A DNA stretch of 64,000 nucleotides, from NCBI GenBank assembly GCA_964016885.1, contig OZ024742.1, forward strand, positions 50,220,001 to 50,284,000, in the 5' to 3' direction. Numbering within the stretch: position 1 is the stretch's first letter; the number at the start of each line of letters is the position of its first letter. The DNA is from Eledone cirrhosa (Eukaryota). Below the pieces are notes generated by a model. It had not been told where the DNA came from. It was given only the letters and a program-made list of their open reading frames with translations, and did no database searches. The position numbers and the translations under genes are program-made. Positions 40,971-54,649 of this stretch are shown piece by piece.

Positions 40971-41825
40971 AAGTATATAGTTTAGACATTTAAACATTCA
41001 TAAGGAAGATTAATGCATTTAAGTTTCCAGTAATACCAAATGGTTTTAACGTGACATCAAAAGACTTTGGACGGTTTATATGATACGTATGTCATTAGTG
41101 CCACTAATGATCTTTCGCCGTCTTTAATGCTTTCTTATTGCGAGCCCTGTGAAATCATTATTATGATTGTTTTAATTTGGCACTTTTTTAAAAGGTTCTG
41201 TGGATGTGGTGGTGGTGGTAAAAGCAGTGGTGAAGGTGGTGGTGGTTGTGGTGTTAATGTGAGTGTCAATATAATTGCTTGATGTCCGTGGTTATTTTTT
41301 GTTGTTTTATTCTTGTGTTTATCATTCCTTTTCTTTGTTTCAAAACAACATCAATCTATAAATAGATTGATGCCTGCATTTTGAAGTCACTTGGGATGTA
41401 TGTATTGTTGTTATTGCTGTTTTTAGATCGTTTCGGGTAAGTTAAACTTTGTAGTCATTGCACCTGGGTGGGCATGGGATGTTTTTGTATATATGTGATC
41501 GCTACTATTAAAACGATTTTATTACGACTAACCAAGTGGATATCTAACTTCCTACGCTTACTTGTAAAACATTTAGAATTTTTTGGCGGGGGGAGCAGGC
41601 AAAGATGAAGTTTGGATCAGCACACAAGAGTCTATTCCACGCGGAAAAGTATTGTGTATGTTTTTTTGTTTTTCATCACTAGCCTGGTTCGTTACTGAAA
41701 CCAATGATATTATATTGGACCAATCGTGGTGTGTGTAAATATGCAGAATTGGGCAAAAAATTACCCCATGTGAGGCAGTGTATGTAACGTGTCACATATC
41801 TTCTTCTTCTTGTTCTTCTTCTTGG

Positions 41826-42040
41826 CTGTGGATTGGCAAAATCGGTACATCATCGGACACCATGCTTCGCAGCATAGATTAACGGCTGTTTTCGTACTGA
41901 TTTCAAATCCCGCCAAGGTTAGCTTTGCCTTTCATCATCATGAGTTCGATAAAACAAAGAATCAATAATGTACTGGGTCGATTTAATCGACTTTACCCGC
42001 CCCTTCAAATTGCTGGCCTTGTGCCTATAGTAGAAATCAT
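41826..42040 (+). mobile_element. tRNA-derived SINE
   Basis: TTGGCAAAATCGGTA...TTCAAATCCCGCC...TTTGCCTTTCATC...TTGCTGGCCTTGTGCCTATAGTAGAAA followed by an (ATC)n tail. Confidence 0.8.
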
Positions 42041-42149
42041 TATCATCATCATCATCATTTTCATCATCATTGTTACTCTTGTTGGCAGGATCGTTTCAGC
42101 GCATAGCGAAATATGTTGTAGCTAGAATGCAAATGTACATTTCGTAGCT

Positions 42150-43300
42150 GTTTAACATCATGCGCCGGGTCCGACAAAATTATCCACGCTTGTCATTTTT
42201 GTAAGTATTGACTCCCGAGCCATTACTACACAAATTGGTGATGGTGAGCGGCATTGTACCTGAACCAAGATGTGCGAGATTTGTGTTAGTATATGCCGAC
42301 GACATCACTCTTCTGGTGCCGAACGCCAAGCTCATTGAGATGAACCGCTCCGCTCTCAGTGAGTACGAAGCAGCGACAGGAGCAAACATCAACCAGCAAA
42401 ATATGTGGGCCTGCAGCTTGTCATATGGAGTGGCAGGTCCATGCCGTCCAACAGCGTAGCCCGGAGTCGGATGTACAGGCTGGTTAAATTGCTCAAGGTC
42501 TGGTTTGGTCCTGACCACCAGATGGACAAAACCTATGGTGGAGTAACGAGCTGAGTGGGCTCTCTCGCCCATCAACTCGCCGAGAGGAAGTTATACCTTA
42601 AAAGGTAGGCCGCTGCGGCGAACGTGTTCATCGGATCCGTCATCTACAACCTGACTGTCATGCTTTGTTCTGGCCCATGCTTGATTGCACAGGTGTGGAT
42701 GCTCTTTTACTTTTAGTCGAAGGGTCATTTTCCACTAGACTGGTGGTCTATTTACTGACGCTACAGCATCACCATGTCCTTGGCGATGAACATGTGTGGT
42801 CACCTTTGTTTAGACACGTTTTCCCCCAGCTCATTTACTTGGCGCATATTCAGTTCTTAGTCAAGCAAACACGGAGAGTGAGTGCTTGGAATCTGGAATG
42901 TTTTCAAGGGCTCACAGCCCTCTGCCAATCGGGAAATACGCTTGACGGAGACACTTGTTTGATATTCTAGAGTGTTAACGGAAGGTAAAAACAACGACGT
43001 TTATGCGAGAGATTCTGGTACTCGACAATAATAAAGTAGCCAGTCTTTTCCGGAGAATGGGACTGCTCTGAATATGCGCCTATAGAATGGAAGTAGAAAG
43101 CTGGAAGAGGGCACTTGCCTTAGCGGTCAGGGTGACCGTATTTTTTTTTCTTTCTCCATGCGTGACCCTCGGAAGTCCCCCTTGGAGAATTTATTTGTTT
43201 GAGCTTTTACGTTTTATCTGTTTCCATTAAAAAATCATTTGTACATACCATAGCCCACACTGTACCGTGCTGTGCAATTCTTATAGTTTTTATAATGTGA
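42150..43300 (+). mobile_element. Highly decayed Tx1-like LINE fragment
   Basis: TPEPLLHKL, VYADDITLLV, YEAATGANIN and VWFGPD are homologous to the two larger Tx1 copies. Confidence 0.75.
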
Positions 43301-43354
43301 TCACTGCTTGGCTATTACAGAAATCATTATCATCACTCTGTTTAGCAAACATCG

Positions 43355-43545
43355 GTGGATTGGCAGTATCGGTAGAGGGGCGGACGCTAAGCTTTGCATC
43401 ATAGAATTACAGCCATTTATGGTCTGAGTTCAAATCCCGTCGAGTTTAACTTTGCCTTTCATCCTAACGAGGTCGATAAAATAAAGTACCAATAATGCAC
43501 TGGGATAATTGCTGGCCTTGTGCCAAAAGTAGAAACAATTATTAT
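43355..43545 (+). mobile_element. tRNA-derived SINE (short-tail subfamily)
   Basis: TTGGCAGTATCGG, GAGTTCAAATCCC and TTTGCCTTTCATCCTAACGAGGTCGATAAAATAAAGTACC. Confidence 0.85.
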
Positions 43546-43641
43546 CACTAATTTGTTTATCGTCATGTTCCGTATATTTGTTGGTTTCCACCTGCTATAA
43601 CAGTCTTTTAGGGGATTGTTTATTATTACAAACTCTAAATA

Positions 43642-43787
43642 TGCTTTCCAGCATAGTTACGTCCTTTTACGATCTGAGTTCAAATCCGGCCAAGGTTAAC
43701 TTTGCCTTTCATCCTTACGGGGTCGATAAAATAAAGTACCAGTAATGTACTGGGTAATTGCTGGCCGTGTGCCTAAAATAGAAACAA
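43642..43787 (+). mobile_element. 5'-truncated SINE with a 19-bp TSD
   Basis: TSD TTATTACAAACTCTAAATA at 43623-43641 and 43788-43806. Confidence 0.85.
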
Positions 43788-44202
43788 TTATTACAAACTC
43801 TAAATAGCGCGTGGATATTTAATCTCAATGCATTTCCAAACCACACCTCTTAGCTTTCGAAAAGAAAAACAAATAAAACAAAACAGAAACGAAACCACCT
43901 ACTTCATCCAACGGAACCGCCAAATTCAGCACGAACTAAGCATGCGCCATAGTATTGACAACACTTCAGAAATTAGTCAAACCGTGAAAAATGCCAACGT
44001 CATTCCATCAGGTGTTACTGGTCTATATGTACAATTAATTCGTCATTGAATGAAGTAAAGGGGTGAAGCAGCTATAGCTTCTATACAAAAGTGATCATTA
44101 CTCAATAATATGTAAAGTACATTTCTAATAGCGTATTTGAGAATGTGAACCAATTCATATCTGTAATTATCTTGAACCCCGTAGCTTTCGTTTGTACAGC
44201 TA

Positions 44203-44294
<92 letters not shown>

Positions 44295-44310
44295 ACTCAC
44301 ACACACACTC

Positions 44311-44358
<48 letters not shown>

Positions 44359-44776
44359 GGTATATCTGTGGTTTTGTTTTTGCTCTCCGCAAAATTACAA
44401 GCAGGATTTCGTTGTATTTCTCCAGGAGTCAGATACGGTTTGATGTACACACGTCAGTTTTATTGTATTTTGCCCCACGGGCCGGCGTATTGAAGTTTTG
44501 GCATTTATATTCTAGAGATAACGCAATAAAATCAATTTTGTTTTAAAGGAGACAAACAAATTTGGCTGATTGTTTCTAAACTTGTTTTTGTTTTATTTGA
44601 GATACATTTTATTGCCTTTACTTCGTCTTCAATTTTTCTTTGGGTCAGAACATTAGTGTTATATAAGACAATTAGAATGTTTGTATAAATGTAACAGCTG
44701 AATGCAGTTAGAGAATATCTTTTCCACTAAATGACAAATTCTCCTCAAATTATTATTGCATCGAGATAATACACAC

Positions 44777-44980
44777 CTCAGTTTTAATGAAGTCACGCAG
44801 CCTGCTGTAAGCTGTAAATTGAAATGAAATATCATGAAAATCACACCTACAATAAACAAAATGAAACGAGACATTGAATATATCTGAAGGAAGATAGGAT
44901 GGATATTCATGAATCGAATAATCTTGATCATATATCTGTTCAATCGAAGTTAACTTGAATCCACAAACATCTACACTCTC
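44777..44980 (-). CDS. Candidate internal host-gene exon (68 codons, phase 0-0), product unknown
   Basis: Acceptor ...tattttacgtaatcatAG, stop-free frame ESVDVCGFKLTSIEQIYDQDYSIHEYPSYLPSDIFNVSFHFVYCRCDFHDISFQFTAYSRLRDFIKTE, donor GAG|GTgtgt. No homology recognised. Confidence 0.35.
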
Positions 44981-45025
44981 CTATGATTACGTAAAATACA
45001 AATATTAAAAGTTTGAACGAATAAC

Positions 45026-45082
<57 letters not shown>

Positions 45083-45286
45083 AGTGAATCGACTCAGATA
45101 CGAAACCTGTTCTTTTCAATTCTATGAATGAAACTATAGAACGGGCATCGATGTCACATCTAGACTTTTCTATTATGTGGTGAATATGTCGGGTTGGTTG
45201 TATGCCCACAATTTCGAAACTAATTAAATATTTATCAAGACATGTGACGCAATAATAGGTTTGTATTTGAAATATGCATTACGTAG

Positions 45287-45540
45287 AGGCGCATAGCCTT
45301 GTAAGGATATTCGTCCTACGACCATAATGTCATAGGTTCGATTCCTTGGTTGGGTTGAATGTTGTGCTCTTGACCAAAACACTTTATTTCACATTGTTCC
45401 ATTATACTCAGCTGAACATTGGTTTAATCTTGCGGCGGACTGGCGTATTGTCAAGGGAGGAGCTTTTTAACGTCAGTCGCTTTACGCCAGGAAACGAGTA
45501 TAAGCACTGGCCTAACGAGACTTCTGGCTTGAGACATAAT
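45287..45540 (+). mobile_element. tRNA-derived SINE, second family (CORE/V-like)
   Basis: B box GGTTCGATTCC and TGTGCTCTTGACCAAAACACTTTATTTCAC. Related to 54360-54625. Confidence 0.7.
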
Positions 45541-46429
45541 TAAGATTACTGGCATAGAAAAGAATTTCATGGAAAAAAAGTTTAGTGATTTATTAGGATT
45601 AAGGAAGTGGAGTAGATTCACTTCATTTTAGATCATCCTCGTATCCACCCCTTTAAGCGCCTCCCACAGCATGGGTTCGTTAATATCTTCGACATTCGCA
45701 CACTTTATGCCACTCAAATGTTCACAAGTTCCCGTAAGAAAAATTCTCTTAAACAAATAATGCCTAGTTCTTTTATTCGTGAATCTCGTCAATTAATTAA
45801 ATAAATCTCATGTTTAATTATATAGAATAACATTAAAAGTTATAATTCGTTTGACAGATGATGTTGTAATATAAAATATAACATAAAAAGAAAACATCTC
45901 TCCAGAACTATTGCACAATCTTTAATCACTATCCCCTTGCTATACTTTTAGATTTATAACTGTGATCATTAGGCTACGTTATTATGTAAATAACTACCTC
46001 AGAACTAGAACAGTCAATGACAAGGCCATTAATGAAAATGAAAACATATTAAACATTCCCGAGATTTAGTCTGTAAAAGGCACAACTTCCCACGTGTAAA
46101 CATACAAACATAAATCTATTTACACACACAGAAAACAACAAATAAATGTCCATTCGTATGTAAGTACAATACATACTATATACACACGTATATAAAAAAC
46201 GTGTATGTGTGCATACATAAATATTTACATACAAATAAGTAAATGTACATAACATCGCAGATACTATCAAATCTATAATCATGCCTGGTTATATGTAAGT
46301 GCATTACTACACTAAATACAACATTGTGATCTTATGCCAGTTATCTACGCATAAAAACTCATACACACAATACACACACACACACCAACACACAGACACC
46401 CCCACACATATAACTATATCTATATTTAT

Positions 46430-49400
46430 ATCTATCTCCACCAGCAACAACAACAACAATGCTATGAACAAAAACAACACCAACAACAACGAAGACAACA
46501 ACAAAAAACAAGAACAACAAAAACAAGAACAACAAAAACAACAACTCCAGCATAACCGAAAACAACCAAACACACCCCAAAAGAAAACGTTTGCAGAAAG
46601 CCTTGCCAAAGAGACAGATTTTATAGAAATAGATCTGTCAAACCAAGCGCAGCACCTAAAGGACGCTGCGTAACACATAACTTTAAGGGTGGCCGCTTTC
46701 AAACTGGTGGCCGCATATGCCCCGACTGGGACATCGCGACCAGAGATCTTCAAGCGTCTGAAGCCATTCCTGGGAACGTCTCGCTCCTTAGTGTTAGCGG
46801 GTGACTGGAATGGTATCTTAGATGCACGTTGGGACTATGTAGGAGCTTGTGATAATAGAGGAGGTGTAACAGCCTCAAAAATCTCATCAGCCAATTCCAA
46901 CTGGCTGATAGATATCGATTAGACTTCCCAAGTGTACTACTGTGGACGTGGAGCAACCGCACTGGGTCTTCTAGATCATATTTAGATATATTTTTTAATT
47001 AGACAAAATGATAAGGAAACATTAAGCTGTCCACACATGCACATGGTTGCCTATTCAGACCACAAATTAGTCACCTGCGTAGTCAACCTTCATAGAACAC
47101 ATAGACAGGGACCCGGATACTGGAAGCTAAACATATCGCTTCCGGTGCGTAGGGCCTACAGTAAACGGATTAGCACCTTAGTTAAGTGGCAGATGACGGG
47201 GGCCATCGTCAACAACAGGTGGTGGTGATCTCTCAAGAGAGCAATTAGAATAGAATCGATAGCATTTAGCAAAGAAGTAGCTTTAGAAAAAAGACAAAAC
47301 CGAAAAGGAACTGGTAGTTAAAGTAGAAGAGGCACTTAGGAATAGCAGTACAGTTGACCTGCTAGCGGCAAGAACGTCACTAGACCAGTTTTTCAGCGTG
47401 AAACACGAAGGTTGTATTGTCAAAAGTAGAACACGTGCTCTAAGAATCGAGGGAGCTAAAGATGTTAGCTGGGCCCGAGTGGCAGAGGCGAAACGTGGCC
47501 AGAAATCCACAATTCGGTCTTTGCAAGACAAAGATGGACGCCTTGTACTTGAATCCAAGCAGATGTGCACGGTCTTCCAGTAGCATATTGCACAACTGTT
47601 CGGACAAAGCGATACGTCGAGGGAGGTGATGGACTTCAGCTCCTACCTCGACGGCGTACCACGACTCTCGAACACGGGTGCAGAGAGCTGCCAAAGGCAG
47701 ATCACAGCGGGCGAAATAGAAGATGCCTTAGGCCGCTGCGGGAAACGCAAATCACCCGGGTTAGATGGTCTACGCTATGAGTTTTACATAGGCATGCCAT
47801 ACTTGTTCTCTAGCGTCCTCGAAGCGGTCTACTGCAACTGGCAGCAGAACAAGAGGATTCCCAGTTCTGTAGGCAGAGGCGTAGTAACGCTGCTCAGGAA
47901 AGATGAGAACAATGGGGATGAGGTAAGCAATTTCAGGCCCATAACTCTGCTCACCACAGAGTAAAAGATTTTGGCCAAGGTGTTAGCTGCGAGGTCGGCG
48001 CTTGTCGTCGAGAACCTGGTAGGGGCATCGCAAACGTGTGCAATCCCGACCAGGTCCATACACGACAACCTCCACCTCATGCGATACATCATAGAGAGGG
48101 TGGGGTGTAAACCTGGCTTCGGTGGGTCTCTGATCAATTTAGATCAGTCTAAGGCATTTGAAAGGGTCGACCGTCAATACTTGGAAGGGGTTCTCAAGGC
48201 GGCCGGCTTCGGTCCCTCTTCAGAGGCTGGTTCGCTGCCATAAACACCAGCATCTGCTCGGCAGTCAAGGTGAATGGCTACCTACCGGAGCCATTCCAAA
48301 TCATGCGTTCCATCCTTCAGGGATGCCGTCCCTCCTCCATTCTGTATGTACTAACTTTCGAGCCCATTACTGCGGAAGTTGGAGCTGTTGCAGGGCATCC
48401 CGATCGAGCCACAACTGCGGAAAGTGCGTCGGCCTATGCCAACAACATAACCGTATTGGTGTCGAAAACATCGAAAATCGGGGTAATCGGCAACCTTTTA
48501 CAGGAATACGAAACGTTGACAGGAGCATGACTAAACCCAAACGAGTCTGTCGGTTTGCCACTCGGCACATGGAGAGGCAAACCCATGTCTTCCGACAGTG
48601 TCGTTGGACGCTGGACGGAAGGACCGGTGGAATTGCTTGTGGTCTGGTTTGGTCCAGACCCCAGGTGGGCAAGAACTGGCACGAGGTCACGGCGAAGGTG
48701 TTTGCACTCACCCAGAAGTGGGTTGAGTGCAAACTCTGCTTGAGAGGTCGAGTGGAGTGACGGAAGACGAACACTTACATAGCGTCCGTTTATCTACTAC
48801 CGCTTGACAGTCCTGCCTTGTCCCCGCGAATACCTCACCAAAATGAACGCCTACTCTTCAAGTTCCTCTGGAAGAAACAGGCTCCATTGGTGAGAAGATC
48901 CATCTGCTGCCAACAGCCCTCTAACGGAGGGCTCGGCATGCCGTGGCTGATGATACGCAAACACACGCTGAGGTTACGCCATCTCCAGGTATTCCTGACC
49001 GGTGAACAAGTGTGGGTGTCGTTTGTGAGACAAGCTCTTCCACAATTCGTCTCACTAACAGAGCTGCTGTCCTGGGTCAAGCGAAGACCGAAATGGGTGC
49101 CTGGCACCTCGAGTGCCCTCAGGCGCTCACAGCCCTCTACCAAGTGGAAACGGCAATCACCAGTGACTCCACTTTGACATTCTATAGGGGTTTAGTGGGG
49201 GATAAGTGCGACGACGTTCTCGGGGAAACTTTAGGCACCGAGGAGGACGAACTGACCTTCTGTTCGGGAGGACTTTCCGTCCAGGGCCTATGGGTAACAC
49301 CCAGAGGTCTCTGGCCTGGCAGTGCTACCGAGGAGCTCTACCAGTTCGAGACAAAATCTACAGGCACGGACGCCCTGGCAGAGATCCTGCCAAAGGGCCT

Positions 49401-50075
49401 GAAATGATGTGAGCAGGACATCGAAACCGTTCTGCACGCAATTGTTCAGTGCCCAGGGGTGACAGACCTATGGAATTATGTCGAACAGTTACTGTCACGT
49501 GTGGGACGCATCCAGTTGTCAGCCGAGTCCATCGTGAGGATCACCCCGCCACCTTCATTTAAGAATGAAGGATAGGGTGATTTCGCCTGTCTGGTGGCTA
49601 AGGCGAAAGAGTTAATATGGTGGATGAGGTTAAAAGGACTGAAGGCAAACACCTTTCTCTCCGGACAACAACTTATCCCCTTCTTTAAGTACCACTTCAG
49701 AAGGAAGATGAGAGTGAAGGGAAAGGTGTTACACCCCAGTAAATTCGCTGAAAGATGGGTGAATGTGGCGAAAATGGCCCAAATAAATGGGCCTTATCTG
49801 TATATAGACCTATAGGTTGAGAAAGATAAACAGAGGGAAGACAGGAACACCTACAAAACGTGTTCCTCGTGTTGATGGTTGTTCTATCCACGGGGTGAAA
49901 AACGACCCTGCAGTAACGTTCACCCCCATTGGGGATTTCGATAGTTATTTATTTTATTATATATAGTTTATTGTTATTTATAATGCTAAGGTTATATGAT
50001 TTTTATGTAAAACCCCCGCCGTCACGTCTTGTAATGTCCCATTTTTGTACGTCGCTGTGGCAAATAAAGAAATAT
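46430..50075 (+). mobile_element. Decayed Tx1/L1-clade LINE (ORF1 stub, APE, RT, 3' UTR) ending at (TC)n
   Basis: Motifs AAYAPTG, LAGDWN, YSDHKLV, GYWKLN, KSPGLDG, NFRPITLL, LDQSKAF, AYANN and GGLGMP. AATAAA is followed by (TC)n. Confidence 0.92.
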
Positions 50076-50079
50076 ATTT

Positions 50080-50149
<70 letters not shown>

Positions 50150-50150
50150 A

Positions 50151-50228
<78 letters not shown>

Positions 50229-51111
50229 TTCACATTCGCTTATGGGTCTATACCTTCACAAATATATTCACACATATAATCACGCCCAACACTGTTCGTA
50301 ATATTTCACAATGCTCAGAAATTGACACAAAGGACAAGGGTCAGTAGATAAAGGTCTTCCTTGCGAGATATCCATTACACTTCCTCAATAAAACGAGAGT
50401 CCAACTGAGTTGTAGTGGCAAAAATATATATTAACCTCACGTCCAAGTTGGCATCACTAAAATGTCCTGTAGATTTCAGGGATGTGCAATAAATGTTCTA
50501 TGACTCACGACGAGAGTGTTTTGTTTGCAAAAGACCTGCTATATTTATATTATCTAAAAATGTTCTCATCTCTCATTCTTTCATAAAGACGCCAATATAT
50601 TCGAATGCGTATATGTCCAGTACTTAACCCCAGTTGTCATTGAAATCCATTATGATTAAGGATTTCCATCGTGAAATCACTCCGATATTATCTTAAGCTA
50701 TTGATTTATCGTTAATGCGATCGGCCGACCTTTATTATTCAGGGAATGTTCATTTAGTGAATATTGTCTGTCTGATTGATCCGGTATTTTGGCAGTAAAA
50801 ACTGCGTGATCATCATCATCATCAACATCATCATCAGCAACAGCAGCAGAAGAACCACCAAAATCACACCACTACCATCACTACCACTCCCTTCATCATC
50901 ATTATCAACATCATCATTATTATCATCATCGTCATCGTCATCGTATTTGGGTCGTAATCAATAATATAGTAATTCTACATAAATTCGAGAAAACCACTGA
51001 TGATGAACATTATAAGGGAACCGTATTGTGGTCAAACGCTATGTTAGGAATAGCAGCCTAATCCACCTCAATTCACATTAATAAATGAAATAAATTCGGA
51101 ACTGTAGCAAT

Positions 51112-51449
<338 letters not shown>

Positions 51450-53545
51450 TTATATATATAGGAGATTAAAATGTTAGAATTGATGAAACCGCATTACATT
51501 TTAATTTATCGTCCCACTTTTAACACTTAATTTGATATATAATTTTTTCTAACGGATTATATTTATAAAATCTGTGATCATGCATATAATCTACACTCTC
51601 ACAAATCTTAATGTTTCAAAATAATGCAAAATGTTACAGACGGAAACACCAGTTCCTTAAATTAAATTTAATGCATTTCAAAGCTATGCTTAACAACAGT
51701 AATGTAATTTTGTCTAATTCAATTTTACTTAATTTTAATTACTTACTGTCTATATATTACTGTAATGGTTATTTCTGTTTAATTTCATCCGTTTTATATA
51801 ATTCAATTTTAAACATCCCAAATCTAAATCAATTTCATTCTTTCAACCATGTTTCATTACACAATACAGCACCCTGTAAATATGTATACACATTTGTATA
51901 ATGAATTCGGTTAAAACACTTAGCCGCGAATTGGACCCATTAGTCAACGTTCAACTTGGGATGTTTAATTTTACCATCAGCTAACATAAACTATCCATCT
52001 TAACTTCAACTACAAAGCATTTATAATGCATGGTATTTACATCAAGCAAATTAATACTAATTTAACTTGAATGTTTCGATCCTACAGGAAATGCACAAAC
52101 CATTAGCTTTATTAACAAAGATATTCTTATATGACTACGGTAATACTATGATTAATGTATCATACATAGTCCCGAAGAAATTGGATGTTTATAACATGAA
52201 CCAAAGGGAAGGTAATATTTGAAGTTATGTCATATGATCTTAACATAGTTTGTTTTAATTCTACTGCAATTCATATTTAGTGCATTTTATTAATACCTCC
52301 GGTACTTTATTTAAAACTCGTCCAGTATCACATTAATCAAATTTGTTGCTCCGACAATTGTCATGTTCCGTGGTATTTACTTTAGTATAATTACAGCAAT
52401 TTGTTTGGAATAATACAATTCTTATGTCCATAATTTAATTGATATTTCCAGACCTTACTTAATACAAATAATATAAATTTTCTAAGATACGGGATGAACA
52501 TAAGCTACACCATTTCTGATTATAAGATCTTGAAATGCATGAAACGTCGATTTAATTACGGATTTTTAGTTCCCCGAAATAAGAGAAAGTTCTAATAAAG
52601 AAATTGAAACACAATTAATGAGTTTGTTACGTGTACGGCATTTGGAAATGATGCAATAAATACTTAAAACAAAAGCCGCTTCGAGTTGATACAATCAATA
52701 CGTAAAGCATATGTCGAGACACCAATGAAACATTTGGAAAGCATCTGGACTTAATGGCTTTTCTTGCGTCACCATCTCATATTGTATATTAAAAAAAAAG
52801 AATAATACACGCCTTAAAATAAATAATTCAGCATAGCATAATAAAAATCAAAGAAACGCCACATGCAATTGGAGACGTTATTATTATATCAGCTATAAAT
52901 TGCATCATATAATCTGTTATGCTGAAGGACTCAATCTTTTATGGTTATTCCTCTGGGAATACAGTAAAATATTGAATTTTACAAGACTGTACTGGATGTT
53001 GCAAAGACGATAAAGTCAGAAAATCAATATTGTTAAATTTATACCCAGCTGGACTGATGAATGTATACAAGTTTTAATATTCTCATGATTTATTTAAATT
53101 ACCGCATTCATAGACGAATTGCATTGTTGATGATTTTCTCTTTACAGGACAATTGAAATGTGAACCGACTTACATTTTAGGGATAGGAGTAACTTAGTAA
53201 AAATACAATTCTTTTGAGTAATATTGTGATAGATGGTTCTGTTACAAGAAAACGACAGAGGGTGTATTATACCGCTCTATATAGTAAATCACAGACTCAA
53301 ATAGTTTAAAGTGTGATTGAACTCTAAAGGTAAAGTGTTAAATGTATTCGGTTACAAATAATAAAAATGCAATTTTCAGCAGAAGAAAAGGGATACACAA
53401 AACATGAAAGAGGAGAGGCGGGGGACTAAAGTATGAATTAATAAAAGAAAAGTATGGAATGTAGACACACAGGAAAATATAAATGGATATATATATATAT
53501 AATTTGTCTGAGAATTTGTGTAATTATATAAAACGAATCTCAAAT

Positions 53546-53599
<54 letters not shown>

Positions 53600-53611
53600 G
53601 TATATATATAC

Positions 53612-53745
<134 letters not shown>

Positions 53746-54359
53746 TTAATTTATATTTTTTATTATCGTGTGTTTACCCTGTCTTTCATAGGTTATACAG
53801 TAGATTCCATACACTGGTGGTTTTTCCCTGTTTTATTGATGGCGCACTATCTCTCTCTAGTGTGTTACCTTTTCAACATATTGTATTTTAAAGAGTTCAG
53901 GATTTTTTCTCCTTTGAGCACATTATTGATAGGGAATAGCGAGAGTCTATAGCTACGTTAATTCATTGTTATATATATATATATATATATATATGCATGT
54001 TTGTGAGAGACTCGAAAGAGAGAGAGGGAAGGATGATCCATTGAGACGAAAGATGAGTAGTGTATGTATCTCTACAGGAGAGCTATGAAATGTAATGTAT
54101 TTGATGCTTTGTTGAATGATAAAATCTTGTTTTACGTTTTGAGATAAAAGTGAAAGAATACCAGCGGTTGGAAAATATATTTTATCGGATTTAGTAGACG
54201 AGATCAAATTATGACCAGGCCAAACAGCTGAATAGATTAATTCTTCTCTGACTGAATTTTGTTAATTTTTGGGAGAAATGCCAATTACTTTGAAATCATT
54301 TTGGATAATATGTATACATGCACACACCCATATATACCTATATATGATGGCAGCTACTT

Positions 54360-54625
54360 CGCGTATGGCTTAGTAGTAAGAGCGTCGGGCTTACAATCGT
54401 GAGTTTGTGAAATCGGGCTTAGGCTGTGTTCTTAAGCAAGACACTTTATTGTACGTTGCTCCAGTTCACTGAGCTGTAGAAATGAGTTGCGACGTCACTA
54501 GTGCCAATCTGTATTGGCCATTGCCTTGGACAACAACATTGTCTGAACTTGTGCCACGGAGGTGAGTTTTCTAGGTGCAAATCCCATGTTAATTGTGACC
54601 GAAGGAGGTCTCCTTACTTCGCACC
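54360..54625 (+). mobile_element. tRNA-derived SINE, second family
   Basis: TGGCTTAGTAGTAAGAGCGTCGG head and TGTGTTCTTAAGCAAGACACTTTATT core. Confidence 0.7.
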
Positions 54626-54649
54626 CGTGTATAGCTATCGTTTGAAAGT

